NCBI RefSeq assembly: GCF_963921235.1
Contig: NC_086109.1
Location: 29,390,001 to 29,454,000, forward strand
DNA length: 64,000 nucleotides
Source: Mobula hypostoma
Taxonomy: Eukaryota
Direction of reading: 5' to 3'
A program made the translations under genes and the position numbers. Positions 26,211 to 38,589 of the stretch are shown one piece after another (position 1 is the stretch's first letter; each line of letters begins with the position of its first letter). Below the pieces are notes generated by a model that saw only the letters and a list, made by a program, of their open reading frames with translations, had not been told where the DNA came from and did not search any database.

Positions 26211-26879
26211 CTTTTTATAACGTTTAATATTAAGATATCAGGAAATCAGTTTAAGCTATATTCCAGGTTTATACCAACACAGATAATGTAAAACTCGTCG
26301 CCCTGTGATGCTCTGTTAACCTCAAAAAGCCAACTTTGTTGGTCTCACACAATCTTCCCACATTTCACATTTCCAACAGGTTCTGTGCTGACATCACTAA
26401 AGCAAGTTTAGGTGAAGGTGATGTAGTCTAATCAATTCAAGTTGCTGCCCGCTTTGAAACTGTTATTCATCCGATATGTCTGCTGCCTCTTAGTCCTGTA
26501 TCAAACTGCTAAAGCACCAGCCGCTGCCTGTCAATCGGCTGTGTTTGTCAGCGGATAAGTGGCCCCCACAAGTTTTGAATGGGCTTTAACCCTTTGACAG
26601 ATAATGTGACTCACGGAACTCTAAACATGACTCCATTCTGTGTGACTACAAAGTAAAAAAAGCAATGAAACATGGAAAAGAATGATAATAAGAACCAAAA
26701 AGATGTTAAGAGAACACAACAGTCCGTAAGTGCATAAGGATTAGGAGTAGGAGTAGTCTGTTGGGCACTTCAGGTTTCCTCAGCCATTTCAGATCTATCA
26801 TAATGTGCAAGTTTGAAATATTGGTAAATATATTAGGTTTTATAATATTTTAATATTTTAGATATTAAAAATAATTTAG

Positions 26880-27130
26880 AGGGGCGACACGGTGGCCTAG
26901 CGATTAGCATAACATTTTACAGTGCTAGCAATTGAGGTTCACTCCCTGTCGCTCTGTACATTTTCCCAGTGGCCGCGTGGGTTTCCTCCAAGTACTCCAG
27001 TTTCCTCCCACAGTCCAAAGATATGCAGGTTTATAAGATGTGGGCATGCTATGGTGCCAGCGGAAGCACGGTGACACTTTTTGTCTGCCCCAGCACACCC
27101 TCGGACTGTGTTAGTCGTTGATGCAGGATA
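26880..27130 (+). mobile_element. V-SINE copy
   Basis: ggtggcctagcgattagc A-box, ggttcactcc B-box, gcgtgggtttcctcc...tttcctcccacagtccaaaga V-domain. Confidence 0.7.
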
Positions 27131-28207
27131 TTTGGTATGTCACCAATGACTTAAAGGTTTCTACATGTTTACTGTGGAGAACATTTTGACAGGTTGTGAA
27201 CAACCAGGTATGGAGGGTCCAATGCACAAGATCGCAAAACACAGCAGAAAGTTATAAATCCGGCAGCTCCAGCACTGGCAGACACTCCCCATTACTGAGG
27301 ACATTTTCAAGAGGTGGTGAAGGCAGTATCCATCATTAAGCATCCTCACTATCCGACACACGTCCTCTTCAAGGCAATGGAGCTTGAAGATCCATATTCA
27401 ACCATTTTGGAACGGCTTCTTCCTCTCACCATCGGATTTCTAAATGGTCCAAGAGCACAGGAACACTACCTAACCATTCTTTTTTTTGTACTATTTATTT
27501 TTGTAATTTATAGTTTTTTATGTATTGGAACATAGAACATTCGGCCCACGATAGTACCAACCTTTTAATATTCTCTAACTTCAATCTAACCCTTTCCTCC
27601 TATATAGTCCTCCATTTTCCTACCATCCATGTGCCTATCTGAAATGTTTTCTTAAATGCCCTTAATGTATCTGCCTCTACCACCACCTCTTTTTGATCAA
27701 AATAGACTTTATTCGTAACAAAAAATATGTACAAGAATAAACTGTTCAATGCATTTTCATTCTTTACATTCATAATCAATGCATTCCATACTGTTCTGTT
27801 AAATTCACACACATTGGTAGCATGCTGTCACTCACGTGACACTCAAAATTCAAAGTAAATTTATCAAGTATATCTCACTAAATACAACCCTGAGATGTGT
27901 TTTCCTACAGGCATTCACAGTAAATAAAAGAAACACATAGATTCAAGGAAAGGCTACACCAAAGAAGACAGATAGATAACCAATGTGCAAAAGACAACAA
28001 ACTGCAAATACAAAAGGAGAGAGAAAAAAGAAATAATAATAATAATAACAATAATAATAAATAAGCAATAAATATTGAGAACTTGAGATGAAGAATCCTT
28101 GAAACTTCGTCCATAGGGTGTGGGAACAGTTCAGTGATGTGGTGAGTGAATATTGATCCCCTCTGGTTCAAGAGCCTGATTGTTGAGGTAATCCTGAACT
28201 TGACAGT

Positions 28208-28740
28208 GTGACCATAAGACCATCAGACTTAGGAGCATTCAGCCCATCGAGTTCACTCCGCCATTTCATCATGGCTGATCCCAGATCCCATTCAACTTCG
28301 TACATCAGCCCTCTCACCATATACTTTGATGCCCTGACCAATTGGGAACCTGTCAACTTCTGCTTTGAATACATCCATGGACTTGGCCTCCATTGCAATC
28401 TGTGGCACAGCATTCCACAGATTCACCATACTTTGTCTAAAAAAATTCCTCCTTACTTCTGTTCCAAAAAGATTGCCCCTCAGTTTTGAGGCTATGCCCT
28501 CTAGTTCTGAATACCCCCACCAGAGGAAACATCATTTCCACATCCACCTATCTAGTCCTTTCAACATTCTGTAGGTTTCAACGAGATCCCCACACATTCT
28601 TCCAAATTCCACTGAGTACGGACCCAAAGCTGCCAAACGCTCCTCATGTGTTAACCCCTTCATTCCTGGAATAATCCTTGTGAACCTCCTTTGGACTCTC
28701 TCCAATGACAATACATCCTTTCTGAGATAAGGAACCCAAA
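28208..28740 (-). mobile_element. CR1 3' fragment
   Basis: Reverse-complement homologue of 10505-10845. Confidence 0.8.
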
Positions 28741-28854
28741 GTATTTTTAATACAGTCCTCTACTGACTGTATTGACCTCAGGCTCCGGTACTTTCTTCCT
28801 GATGGCAGCAGTAAGAAGCTGGCATGGCCTGGATGGTGGGGGTCCTTTATTCCT

Positions 28855-29395
28855 GCTGCTGCCTGTATAGAGTTTGTACGTTCTCTCCATCACCATGTGG
28901 GTTTTCTTTGGGGGCTCTGGTTTCCTCCCACAGTTCAATAACATACCAGTTGGTAGGTTAAATGCTTATTGTAAATTGTCCTGTGATTAGGCTAACATTA
29001 AATCAGGGGGTGTGGGGATGTGGCCAAGTGGTTAGGACGTTGGGCTCACGATCTGAAGGTTGTGGGTTCGAGTCTCGGCCAAGGCAGCGTGTTGTGTCTT
29101 TGAGCAAGGTACTTAACCACACACTGCTCCAGTCCACCCAGCTGAAAATGGGTACCGGCAAATGCTGGGGGTTAACCTCGCAATAGACTGGCGTCCTATC
29201 CGGGGGTGGGCGGGGTGGGGGGCAGTCTCGTACTCTCAGTCGCTTCACACCACAGAAACCGGCATAAGCACCAGCCTGATATCCCACAAAGGCTCGGGAC
29301 AGACTTTGACTTTGACTAAGTCAGGGGATTACTGGGTGGTGCAACTCAAAGGGCCTGAAGGGTCTATTCCACGGTGTATGTAAATAAATAAATAT
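28855..29395 (+). mobile_element. V-SINE interrupted by a second SINE
   Basis: agtttgtacgttctctcc...gtgggttttc...ggtttcctcccacagttc; resumes at 29317 and ends in (aaat)n. Confidence 0.65.
29011..29316 (+). mobile_element. tRNA-derived SINE with CORE-like domain and (gacttt)n tail
   Basis: A box tggccaagtgg, B box ggttcgagtc, tgtgtctttgagcaaggtacttaacc; imperfect TSD taaatcagggg / taagtcagggg. Confidence 0.75.
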
Positions 29396-29706
29396 GATAG
29401 ATGCTGCTTTCCTGCGACAATGCTCTGTGTAGATGTGCTCAATGGTGAGGAAGGCTTTACCTGTGATGCACTGGACTGTATCCACTACTTTTATAGGATT
29501 TTCCATTCAAGAGCACTGATGTTTCCATTCCAGGTCGTGATACAACCATTTAGTATACTCTCCACCGCATAGCTATAGAGGTCTGTCAAGGTTTTAGATG
29601 ACATGCAGAATCTTTGCAAACTTCTAAGAAAATAGAGGCACTGCCATGCTTTCTTCGTAGTGGCACTTCGGTCCTGGATCCAGGAGAGATGATCACAGAG
29701 AAATTT

Positions 29707-30112
29707 TGTCAGCCGGGTTCAGATATGGCCCAAGTGCGGAGTGAGTGACATTGAAGCGGGTCGAGAGTTCTCAAAACTTTAATGTGAATAGTGTTAAAGG
29801 GAAAATAAAACAATAACTAAAACTCTCAAATGGGAAACGAAGCCTACACTGCGGCTGAAAAGAAAATCTACATAGTAAACAAATACCGCTGGTCTTCAGA
29901 GTCAGTTGGCTCGACAGTCCAATTTCTCAGGCAAGGCCGAATGCAACCAGGCAGAGAGGCATTGCTGTGCTCTGTCCAAGTCTCGTGACAAGCACTCTGA
30001 CAACAAGTATGGAGTTAAATACTATCACAATTAAATTATAATTAGCTGACACGTGCATATTCACAAGTGCAATTGCCGAATCTGATGCGCTGCCGAATCC
30101 GTGGTTGTGACA
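29707..30112 (-). repeat. 3' LTR (406 bp)
   Basis: Direct repeat of 33652-34078. Confidence 0.93.
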
Positions 30113-31503
30113 GGGCCCCTCTCTCTAGGCGCAGCCCCTGAAGCGCCACAGGCCTGTGTCCGCTGGAAGTCCCGGATCAGCGACTGGTCCAAGATGTCCT
30201 TCGCCGGGATCCAAGTACGTTCTTCTGGGCCGTACCCTTCCCAGTCCACAAGGTACTGGACCTTACCACGTACCCGGTGAGATGCCAGGAGGCGCTGCAC
30301 AGTATAGACAAGGGAACCATCAACCAGGTGGGGAGGAGAGGGAGGTGGGGTAAGTGGGGCCAGGGGAGAGGTAGTAACCAGCTTGAGCTGGGAAACATGG
30401 AATACTGGATGGATCTTCAGTGATGCTGGTAGACACAATCTATAGGACACCTTGTTGATAGCCTTTTCCACCTCAAATGGTCCCACGTAGCGTGATGCCA
30501 ATTTCCGGCTCTCAACTTTCAGGGGAAGATCCCTTGATGCCAACCAGACCTCCCCTCCTGGCTTGCATGGCCTTACCTGTCGACGGAGCCGATCAGCCTG
30601 TCGGGAATGCTGTTTTTGGGCGTGCAGCAGAGAAGCCCTGGCTCGTCTCCAGGTGCGCTTGTAGTGCTGGATCAGCTGTTCAGCAGCAGGAACTCCTATG
30701 TCGATCCCCTGATCAGGGAAGAATGAGGGCTGGAATCCCTTCTGGCATTCGAAGGGAGACATACCGGTGGAGGATGACTGGAGGTTATTGTGGGCAATCT
30801 CTGCCCAAACCAATTGGGAACTCCAGAGTGTGGGGTTGGAAGAGGCAAGACAGCACAAGGTTGTCTCCAACTCCTGGTTCACTCTCTCAGTCTGGCCATT
30901 AGATTGGGGGTGGAAGCCAGACAAGAGGCTGGCCGTGGCTCCTAGAAGACAGCAGAAAGCTTTCCAAAAGCGGGAAGTGAACCGTGGTCCACAATCAGAC
31001 ACTATGTCTTGAGGAAAGCCATTGAGCCTGAACACATGTTGAACCATGAGTGTGGCAGTCTCACGAGCCGATGGAAGCCTGGGGAGGGCAATGAAGTGGG
31101 CAGCATTGGAAAATCGACCCACAAAGACCGAAGTGGTGGTGTTTCCATCAGATGGGGGCAGACCAGTGATGAAATCTACTGAGAGGTGAGACCAAGGGTG
31201 GTGGGGCACGGGCAGTGGACATAACAGACTCAAAGGTCGCTGGTGTGATGTCTTGTTCCGAGCGCAGGTGAGACAGGCAAAGTCATGGACATCCTGAGAC
31301 ATAGATGCCCACCAAAATTGTCTCTTTATAAACTCCTGAGTCCGTTGAATTCCCAGATGTCCAGCCAGACAGTTGGAGTGACCGCATTCCAACACTTTGG
31401 AACACACCGCAGCAGGGACAAACAGCCGGTTGAGTGGTCCTCCATCAGGGCCTGGATCTGATTGTTGGGTGGCCCTTGCCTCTGCCTCTATTCCCCAGAT
31501 CAT
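30061..31503 (-). CDS. Retrotransposon integrase with chromodomain (open 480-codon stretch of pol)
   Basis: HHCC (GH...AGH...CLTC), [51 protein letters not shown]. Confidence 0.85.
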   Translation of the reverse strand: MIWGIEAEARATQQSDPGPDGGPLNRLFVPAAVCSKVLECGHSNCLAGHLGIQRTQEFIKRQFWWASMSQDVHDFACLTCARNKTSHQRPLSLLCPLPVPHHPWSHLSVDFITGLPPSDGNTTTSVFVGRFSNAAHFIALPRLPSARETATLMVQHVFRLNGFPQDIVSDCGPRFTSRFWKAFCCLLGATASLLSGFHPQSNGQTERVNQELETTLCCLASSNPTLWSSQLVWAEIAHNNLQSSSTGMSPFECQKGFQPSFFPDQGIDIGVPAAEQLIQHYKRTWRRARASLLHAQKQHSRQADRLRRQVRPCKPGGEVWLASRDLPLKVESRKLASRYVGPFEVEKAINKVSYRLCLPASLKIHPVFHVSQLKLVTTSPLAPLTPPPSPPHLVDGSLVYTVQRLLASHRVRGKVQYLVDWEGYGPEERTWIPAKDILDQSLIRDFQRTQACGASGAAPRERGPVTTTDSAAHQIRQLHL

Positions 31504-31519
31504 CGGAGCAGTGATACAC

Positions 31520-32491
31520 GTGCGAGGAAGTATGGGCTCTGGATCGGCGTTGTCCTCAGATCCATCGAACTGCCGGGAGAGAGCATTGGCCTTTGCATTC
31601 TTGCTGCCAGCAAGATGCCAGCAAGGGAGGAGGGTAACGGTTCTACACAGTGATGTTGTTCAGGGGCGGATAGTCAATGCAGGGATGGAGCTTGCCATCT
31701 TTCTTGCTCACATAAAAGAAGCCCGCTCCTGCTGGCGAGGTTGATGGATGGATTAGCGCCAAGCTCAATGCCTCCTTCGTGTATTCCTCCATGGCCACAG
31801 TTTCAGGACGAGAGAGGGAAAAGAGCCAGGCCCGGGGATGACCAGTGCCAGGTAGGAGGTCTATGGCGCAGTCGTATGGCCAGTGTGGGGGCAGGGTGGT
31901 GGCCCTTCTTTTACTGAAAACCTCAAGGAGATCTGCATATTCAGCTGGAATCCCAGACAGGCCCACATCCTTAGGTGACACAGGAGGGGATTCATGGAAC
32001 GGAGCATGAGCTGGACCCAGACAGGTAGATAGGCATGCCGGTCCCCAGTCCTGGCGTACCTTCAGAGACCAGTCAATCTGTGGGTTATGTCAGGATAACC
32101 AGGGGAGACCAAGTACCAGTGGCAGTTCAGGTGAATTAATCAGATAGAAAGATATTTCTTCATGATGGTTGCCTTCGAGCACCAGTTGAAGGGGTTGAGT
32201 GGAAAGGTGGATCTCGCCGGTTCCCAGAGGTCAACCGTTCAGCGCCTTGACATTGACCTTTTCTCTTAATTCCTGAGTTGGAACTCCCCATCTTTGAGCA
32301 AGAGAGATGTCCATAAAATTCCCAACTGCACCGGAGTCAATAAACGCCTTAAGTTCATGTATCTGAGACCTCCACGACAAGGAAGCTGTGAGCATTACAG
32401 AATTAGGGGAAGCTGACTGAAGAGAGAACCCACTCGTCAGGATTCCCCTCCCTGCTGACGGGTATTCTCTCTTACTGGATGCTTGGAACAT
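31520..32491 (-). pseudogene. Protease and truncated RT
   Basis: [41 protein letters not shown] joined almost directly to the RNase H end [12 protein letters not shown]. Confidence 0.88.
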
Positions 32492-33630
32492 GCCGCCCGG
32501 AAGTGTCCTGGATCACCACAGTAGAGGCAGGAACCTGTTCTCTGGCGCCGCTCTCATTCCTCCTGAGACAGGCGCATGCGCCCCACTCGCATAGGCTCCT
32601 CGGAGGGCTGGGTGCCGGTGGTGAGGGAGGGGGAGAGGGCGAGGAAAGACGGTGATCTGGCGGTGCGTAGGAAGTTTGAAACATTCTTTCCCTGCGCCAC
32701 TCAGTCACCTGGTCGTCAACTCGAATAGCCAGATTAATCAGGTCATCCAAACCACCCTGCTCGTCCCAAACAGCGATCTCATGCCGGACCCCTGCATTCA
32801 GTCCATGCTGGAAGGCAGTGATGAGCGATCTCTCATTCCAACCCGTCTCCACTGCAAGGGTACGGAATTTGACTGCATAGGCTCTCACAGTTCCTCTGCC
32901 TTGGCGCAGGTCCAACAGTCGGTGGGCAGCCTCCTGACCCCATACTGGAAGAGCAAGGACCCTCCTTAACTCTGCCATGAAATGTTGGAATGACTGGGCT
33001 GCGGGGTATCCTTGCTCTCGTAAAGCAGTGAACAGGAGGTCCATCAAGAAGACTGACCATGTACGCCAGTTTTCGCGCATCATTACCAAAACGACCAGGC
33101 TGGGCTTGTAATGTCAGCTCGCATTAGGTAATACAATTCCTGCAACCACCGGGATCACCAGAATATCTGCCTGGAAGTGGAATACTTGGTTCTCGTATGG
33201 ACTCGGGTGTCTGTGGGGGTCCAAATGTGGGAGTCAGCGCCGGTCCGGGTGCGGGAGTGGGAGCATTAGTAACAGAGGTCATCAGCGCAGCAGAAAAGGA
33301 AGACCTGTGAGATGCTGGGAGTGGGACTGAGGTGGCCAGAGGCTGCTGAATTGCGTTGGCAACAATGTTAATGGCTGTCAGCTGATGCTGTCTACTCACA
33401 GTAAGTCCGCTGTGAGTGCAGAAATTGCAGTCTGTGGTGAGCTGTTGAACAGTCGTGACGAGGGATGATACCTGTTCCTTCAAGTGAGACTGGGCTTGTC
33501 GGCACAAGATTATCTGCCTCATTGCCTCCATAGCTTCACTGAGAACAGATTCCATTGCTTGTTGCTTGTCTCCTACCTGACCAATGAATCTCACGGCCAA
33601 GGTCGGCTGCTCTCTCTCTGCTGGGTCCAT
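32472..33630 (-). pseudogene. gag (stops and frameshifts) with CCHC knuckle
   Basis: MDPAE start, PGRYSGDPGGCR, LRQGRGTVRAYAVKFRTLA, CLYCGDPGHFRAAC near 32488-32529. Confidence 0.88.
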
Positions 33631-33651
33631 CCTCGTGTGGTCGAAGCTTGC

Positions 33652-34078
33652 TGTCACCGGGCTCAGATATGGCCCAAGTGCGGAGTGAGAGACACTGAAA
33701 TAGGTCGATAGTTCACAAAACTTTAATGCGAACAGTGTTAAAGGGAAAATGAAACAATAAACGCTAGGCCAAACAGGGCCATTAACTAAAGCTCTCAAAC
33801 AGGAAACGAAGCCTACACTTCAGCTGAAAAGAACATCTAAATATTAAATGAATACCACTAGTCTTCGGAGTCAGTTGACTCAACAGTCCAATTTCTCAGG
33901 CAAGGCCAATGCAAACAGGCAGCGAAGCATTGCTGTGCTCTGCCCAAGTCTTGATAAGCACTACATCGACAAGTATGGAGTTAAATACTATCACGCTTAA
34001 ATAATAATTAGCTGACATGTGCACATTCACGAGCACAATTGCCGTATCTACTACGCTGCCGAATCCGTGGTTGTGACA
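33652..34078 (-). repeat. 5' LTR (427 bp)
   Basis: TG...CA ends; TATTTAA on minus strand at 33981-33987. Confidence 0.93.
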
Positions 34079-35802
34079 TATTTAAAGTTGATGACCTTCT
34101 CCATTTCTGATCCCCCCGTGAAGAATGGCTCATGGACCTCCAGTTTCCTCTTGAAGACAACAATCATCTTCTTGGTCTTGTCGACATCAAGTGAGAGGTT
34201 GTTGTGGCAACATATCTCCCTCCTATATGCTGATTCCTCACCACCATTCATTTGGCCAATGACATTGGTGTCATCAGTAAACTTAAGGATGACATTGAAG
34301 CTGTGCTTAGCCTAGGTCATAAGTATAAAGCATGTAGAGCAGGGGGCTAAGCACACAACCTTGTGGTGTACCTGTGCTGACGGAGATTGTGGAGGAGATG
34401 CCAATCCAAAGTAACTGGGGTCTGTAAATAAGGAAATCGAGGATCCAGTTACACAAGGAGGTATTGAGGCCAAGGTCTGAAAGCTTATTGATTAATTCTG
34501 AGGGTATGATAGTATTGAATGTCAAGCTGTAGTCGATGAAAAGCATCTTCTCTGTCCTGTTGTTCCAGGGTTGGGTGAAGAGCCAATGAAATGGCATCTG
34601 CTGTGGATTTGCTTTGACTGTAGGCAAATTGGAGCAGGTTCAAGTCACTTCTCAGACAGGAGTTGAAGTGTTTCATCACCAACCTCTGGGGTGGTATACT
34701 GCCAGAATAATAATTAAGTGGCTTCCAACCCCACTACCACCCCAGGCAGGGCACTCCATGTTCCCAACACTGTGTAAAGAACAGACCTCTGACATCCCCC
34801 CTATACTTCCCTCCAATCACACTAAAATCATGCCCTCTTGTACTGCATTTTATTGCTGCTGAAAAACAACAAATTTCATGCCATATGTCAGGAATAATAA
34901 ATATCTGAACCTGACTTTGAATTTCTTTTGCAAAGCTTGTGGTCATTTTCTGTATGATCTAATCCCTGAGTCACAAGTCTGAAAAACCTTTTCATAAATT
35001 GCGTACTATGAAATGTAGTTGCTGTCTCACATTCACCTGCCAGGAAATCTCCATGGACACGTATGCGAGGAGAATCTGGTTCATTCTACCAACTCCACAT
35101 GAGGTAATTACAGCAGCACAGTCACCCTTTTACAGATTACTGCACACTACTGATTTTGCACCACCTTTATATAACATTGAATCGCATCACAGGGCTAGAA
35201 ATGCAGTCTTGTGATCCTTTCACGTGTATCCATCTGCTAGACGTAAGCTAAGCAGTTACATAACGTAATGGGAAATCACTTGAGTCTCTGTTGTTATCAG
35301 TAAAATGACTCACTTCAGTTCAACACAAGGGCACTTGAATATAAATCTTTTCTCTATCATTTCACACTCCCACCTCCCTGCCTCCGCTACCTAGCCCTCC
35401 ACCCTGAGAGTACACAACGCTTCCCTAGTTCTCTGAATGTTCAATCTATAAAATCATTTTGTTCTTTCGAAGAATATAATTAAATTCAGTTCATTTTACA
35501 GTTTTTTTTTATTGTGCAGGCAGCTACATTAATTGAAACAAAGATAGAATTCATAGTGTTGCATTTTGTACAACACAATTCTTCCTCTTAATATGCAGTT
35601 CATCATGTGCCCTGGCATGGAATATTAACAGGAATAAAGGGGCATGGCACATACGTTCATAATAGAACCACGAAGCACTGTGCTTATAAAAGCTAAGTAC
35701 TTTGCTGCTAATGTTTCCGATGTTTAATGTTTCCTGCAAAGATGGCACTGGTGAGACACAGCAACGTTTTGTGGGCAGCAAACAAAACTACTAACTAATC
35801 CT

Positions 35803-35934
35803 CATAAAAGTTGCTGGTGAACGCAGCAGGCCAGGCAGCATCTCTAGGAAGAGGTGCTGCCTGGCCTGCTGCGTTCACCAGCAACTTTATGTGTGTTGCT
35901 TGAATTTCCAGCATCTGCAGAATTTCTGTCATTA
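35803..35934. mobile_element. Fold-back PLE-terminus mini-insertion with 13-bp TSD
   Basis: Perfect 34-bp arms at 35807-35840 and 35855-35888; actaactaatcct at 35790-35802 and 35935-35947. Confidence 0.9.
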
Positions 35935-37349
35935 ACTAACTAATCCTACTTTTTCAGGACTATTATCACTGCAATGCACAGCCTGTAACTTCCCTGTGGG
36001 AGTTGTGCTTTTTAACTGTCTGTACAATCTACATCTTTGCGGTATCCTGAAGCACTCAGCAAAGTGGACTCAACAATGCAAGTACGGCCATAGTGGCCAT
36101 TGCTAGAGTGGACTTGGGGCAAGAATGAAGCGGCTGAGCCCGGGCCCAAGACTGCAAAATGAGCTGATGTTTAGCCGATTTAAACACAGAGCCAGATTTA
36201 AAAGATCAAGGCATCGAGGGTGAGGAATAAAGTACAAATCATAGTTCAACTCAGTGCTCCCAGGGGCTTTACTCACCTCAGCGCTGAATTGGTTCACTAA
36301 ACTGGTTCAGTGGCTGGGGCCTACAACCATCAGGCTCCTGCTGCGCTAAACTGGCTGTGGACCTAATTTCAGGGTCTCTGTGGTTCATGTTCTGTGCACG
36401 ATTTGTTCTTTCTCCGCCGACACATTGTGTGTTTGGCTGTCTTTGTGTAGGGGTTTTCACTGTGTTCCATTGTGTTTCGTTTCGTGGCTGCCTACAAGAA
36501 CACAAATCTCAAGGTTGTGTACAGTATACATACTTCGATAATAAATGTACTTTGAACTTTGAGATTCACTTAAAGGTATCCTGGTTAAACCAGAAATGTT
36601 GAATATAACAAAAGATTGAAGGAAAGTCAGTTATGCTGGTGCATTGCAGCCAGACTGCAGTTGTCCACATAACATCCCAGACAAATCTGAGGGTTCAGGG
36701 AATTCATTCTCACCCTTGAGGCAGGACGGATGAGACAGTCAATAAAGGCTAGGTGGAAATGAATAAAAACAGAAAATACTGGAAACACTTAGCAGGGCAT
36801 GCAGCATCTGTGGAAAGATTTAGATTCAGATCAGATTAACTTTCTTATCACGTGCACATTGAAACATAACGTGAAATGTCTTGTCAGCATTAGCAATGAA
36901 CACAACATAAGGGTATGCTGGGGTAGCCTGCAAATGTTGCCACACATTCCGGCACCAACACAACGTGCCCACAATGTTTGGCAGAAACAACACAAGAATC
37001 TACAACAACAAAACAACAGCGAAACAAGCCTCTTTCCCACCCTCACACTTGGACTCACAGTCAGGCTTCTAATCCCAGAACAGGAAACCTCTGGGCATCT
37101 GACTTTCAGTACATGGTCCCGGACTCGCAGACATTGGGCTTCCAACTTCCAGACATGCTGAACCATGTTCTTCAACCTTTGGGCCTCAACCACCAGTAGC
37201 CTTTCATCAGGACTAGAGTTCATCCAGTCCTGATGTGAAGGGTCTTGCCCCAAAGCATTGACTGTTTACTCTTTTCCATAGATGCTGCCTGGCCTGCTGA
37301 ACTCCTCCACCATTTTATGTTTTATGTTCTATCATATTTAGTCTTCATT

Positions 37350-37910
37350 GGGGTGTATGGGGCGTCAGGGAGGGGCAGCACCTCTGGTGGGGGAACATGT
37401 TGCATCCTTTTCAAGGCGGTTAGTCCACCTTTGGTCCCCACCTGGCACTCAGCTCTCACCTGTGGCTCCTCATAGCTGTTTGCATGTGACAGTGGCCACA
37501 CCCTGGGCAACGGCTTCGACAAGCCGGCTAAACCAGGTGAGGGTAGCCGACGGGTCTCAAACCCTCGGTGAGATAGGGAGATGTCTATCCCAGCATGTGA
37601 AGACTAGACTCCAGTGGATTGAGCGGACGAGACAAATGGAAGATCCAACAGTCAAGAAGGCAGTCTCTGCAAGCATCCTGGAACGTGTAGAGCACGACAA
37701 GACACAAAAGACATCCTGGTCATCCACTATGCCAAGTCCCATCTCCAGCCGTCTCGACTCTGTCTTGCCACTGGATCCAGATGGGAATTGGGAAGAGAGA
37801 GTGAGGCTGATGCTGCGCAACTCTCCCTCACTTAAATCCAAACCATGTGCTAGTCTCGACACCATCGATGGTGTTGAGGACTTCATCGATGATGACGATG
37901 GAAGAACATT
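37350..37910 (+). mobile_element. Non-coding retroposon, probably RTE-derived, with GAT-repeat tail and 15-bp TSD
   Basis: tatttagtcttcatt (37335-37349) / tatttggtcttcatt (37911-37925); tail gatgatgacgatg. Confidence 0.6.
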
Positions 37911-38589
37911 TATTTGGTCTTCATTATGTGGGCAAGATAAAGGAAGAACTAACCTGAGTGTAGATGGAACCAAATGATGGGGTGAGGAGTGTAGTGGCAG
38001 ATGGAACCAGATGGGGAAAAGGAGAGGGTGGAGAAGATGGAAAAGGTGAACAAAGAGATAAGAGACCTCAATAGACAGGGAGGAGGTGGGTTACCTGGAA
38101 CTGGAAAATTCAATGTCCATACCATTGGATTCAAACTTCTAAGTAAATGTTATTATCAAAGTACATATAAGTCACCATATACAACTCTGCAATTCATTTT
38201 CATATAGGAATACTTAATAAACCTACAGAATATTAACTATAACAGAATCAATGAAAGACTACCGAACTAGGACATTCAACCAGAGAGCAGAAGACAACAA
38301 ACCATGCCAATGCAAATAGAAGAAACAATAATATAAATGAATAAGTAATACATATCAGGAGCATGAGATGAAGAGTCCTTGAAAGCAAGTTCATTGGTTG
38401 TGAGAACATTTCAATGATGGGACAATGAAGATGGGTTATAAACATTGGAAGGCAATATCTTGTGTTCCAGTCTGGTAAATTATCAACTGCCACCTCTGAC
38501 CCATCCCTCCCTTGTACTGCTATATATTGGCAATCTTTCATGCCTGAAGCAAGTTCTTGACCCAAAATGATGACATGCACTCTTTCTCT

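Larger units (their letters stand above)
29707..34078 (-). mobile_element. Ty3/Gypsy chromovirus (Tf1/sushi group), two LTRs, defective
   Basis: TGTCA...TGACA LTRs, TSD aattt/tattt, PPT (minus agagagagggg) just inside the 3' LTR, gag-PR-RT-IN-chromodomain order. Confidence 0.95.
27845..34700 (-). mobile_element. Old Rex/Babar-type LINE broken by nested insertions (pieces ~27845-28207, 28780-28850, 29395-29706, 34079-34700)
   Basis: ORF 34307..34627 [14 protein letters not shown]...[13 protein letters not shown]; 34051..34251 DKTKKMIVVF...FK; 29321..29506 YTEHCRRKAASII. Confidence 0.75.

Noticed and set aside
29011..29085. tRNA gene
   Set aside because: tRNA-like head runs into a SINE body, tail and TSD; acceptor stem not intact
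30061..33630. Calling this PEG10/RTL1
   Set aside because: Flanked by LTRs and a TSD with disrupted gag-pol; it is a retrotransposon of the related lineage, not the host gene
37348..37977. 209-aa ORF as a host gene
   Set aside because: Coincides with a TSD-flanked retroposon; no recognisable domain
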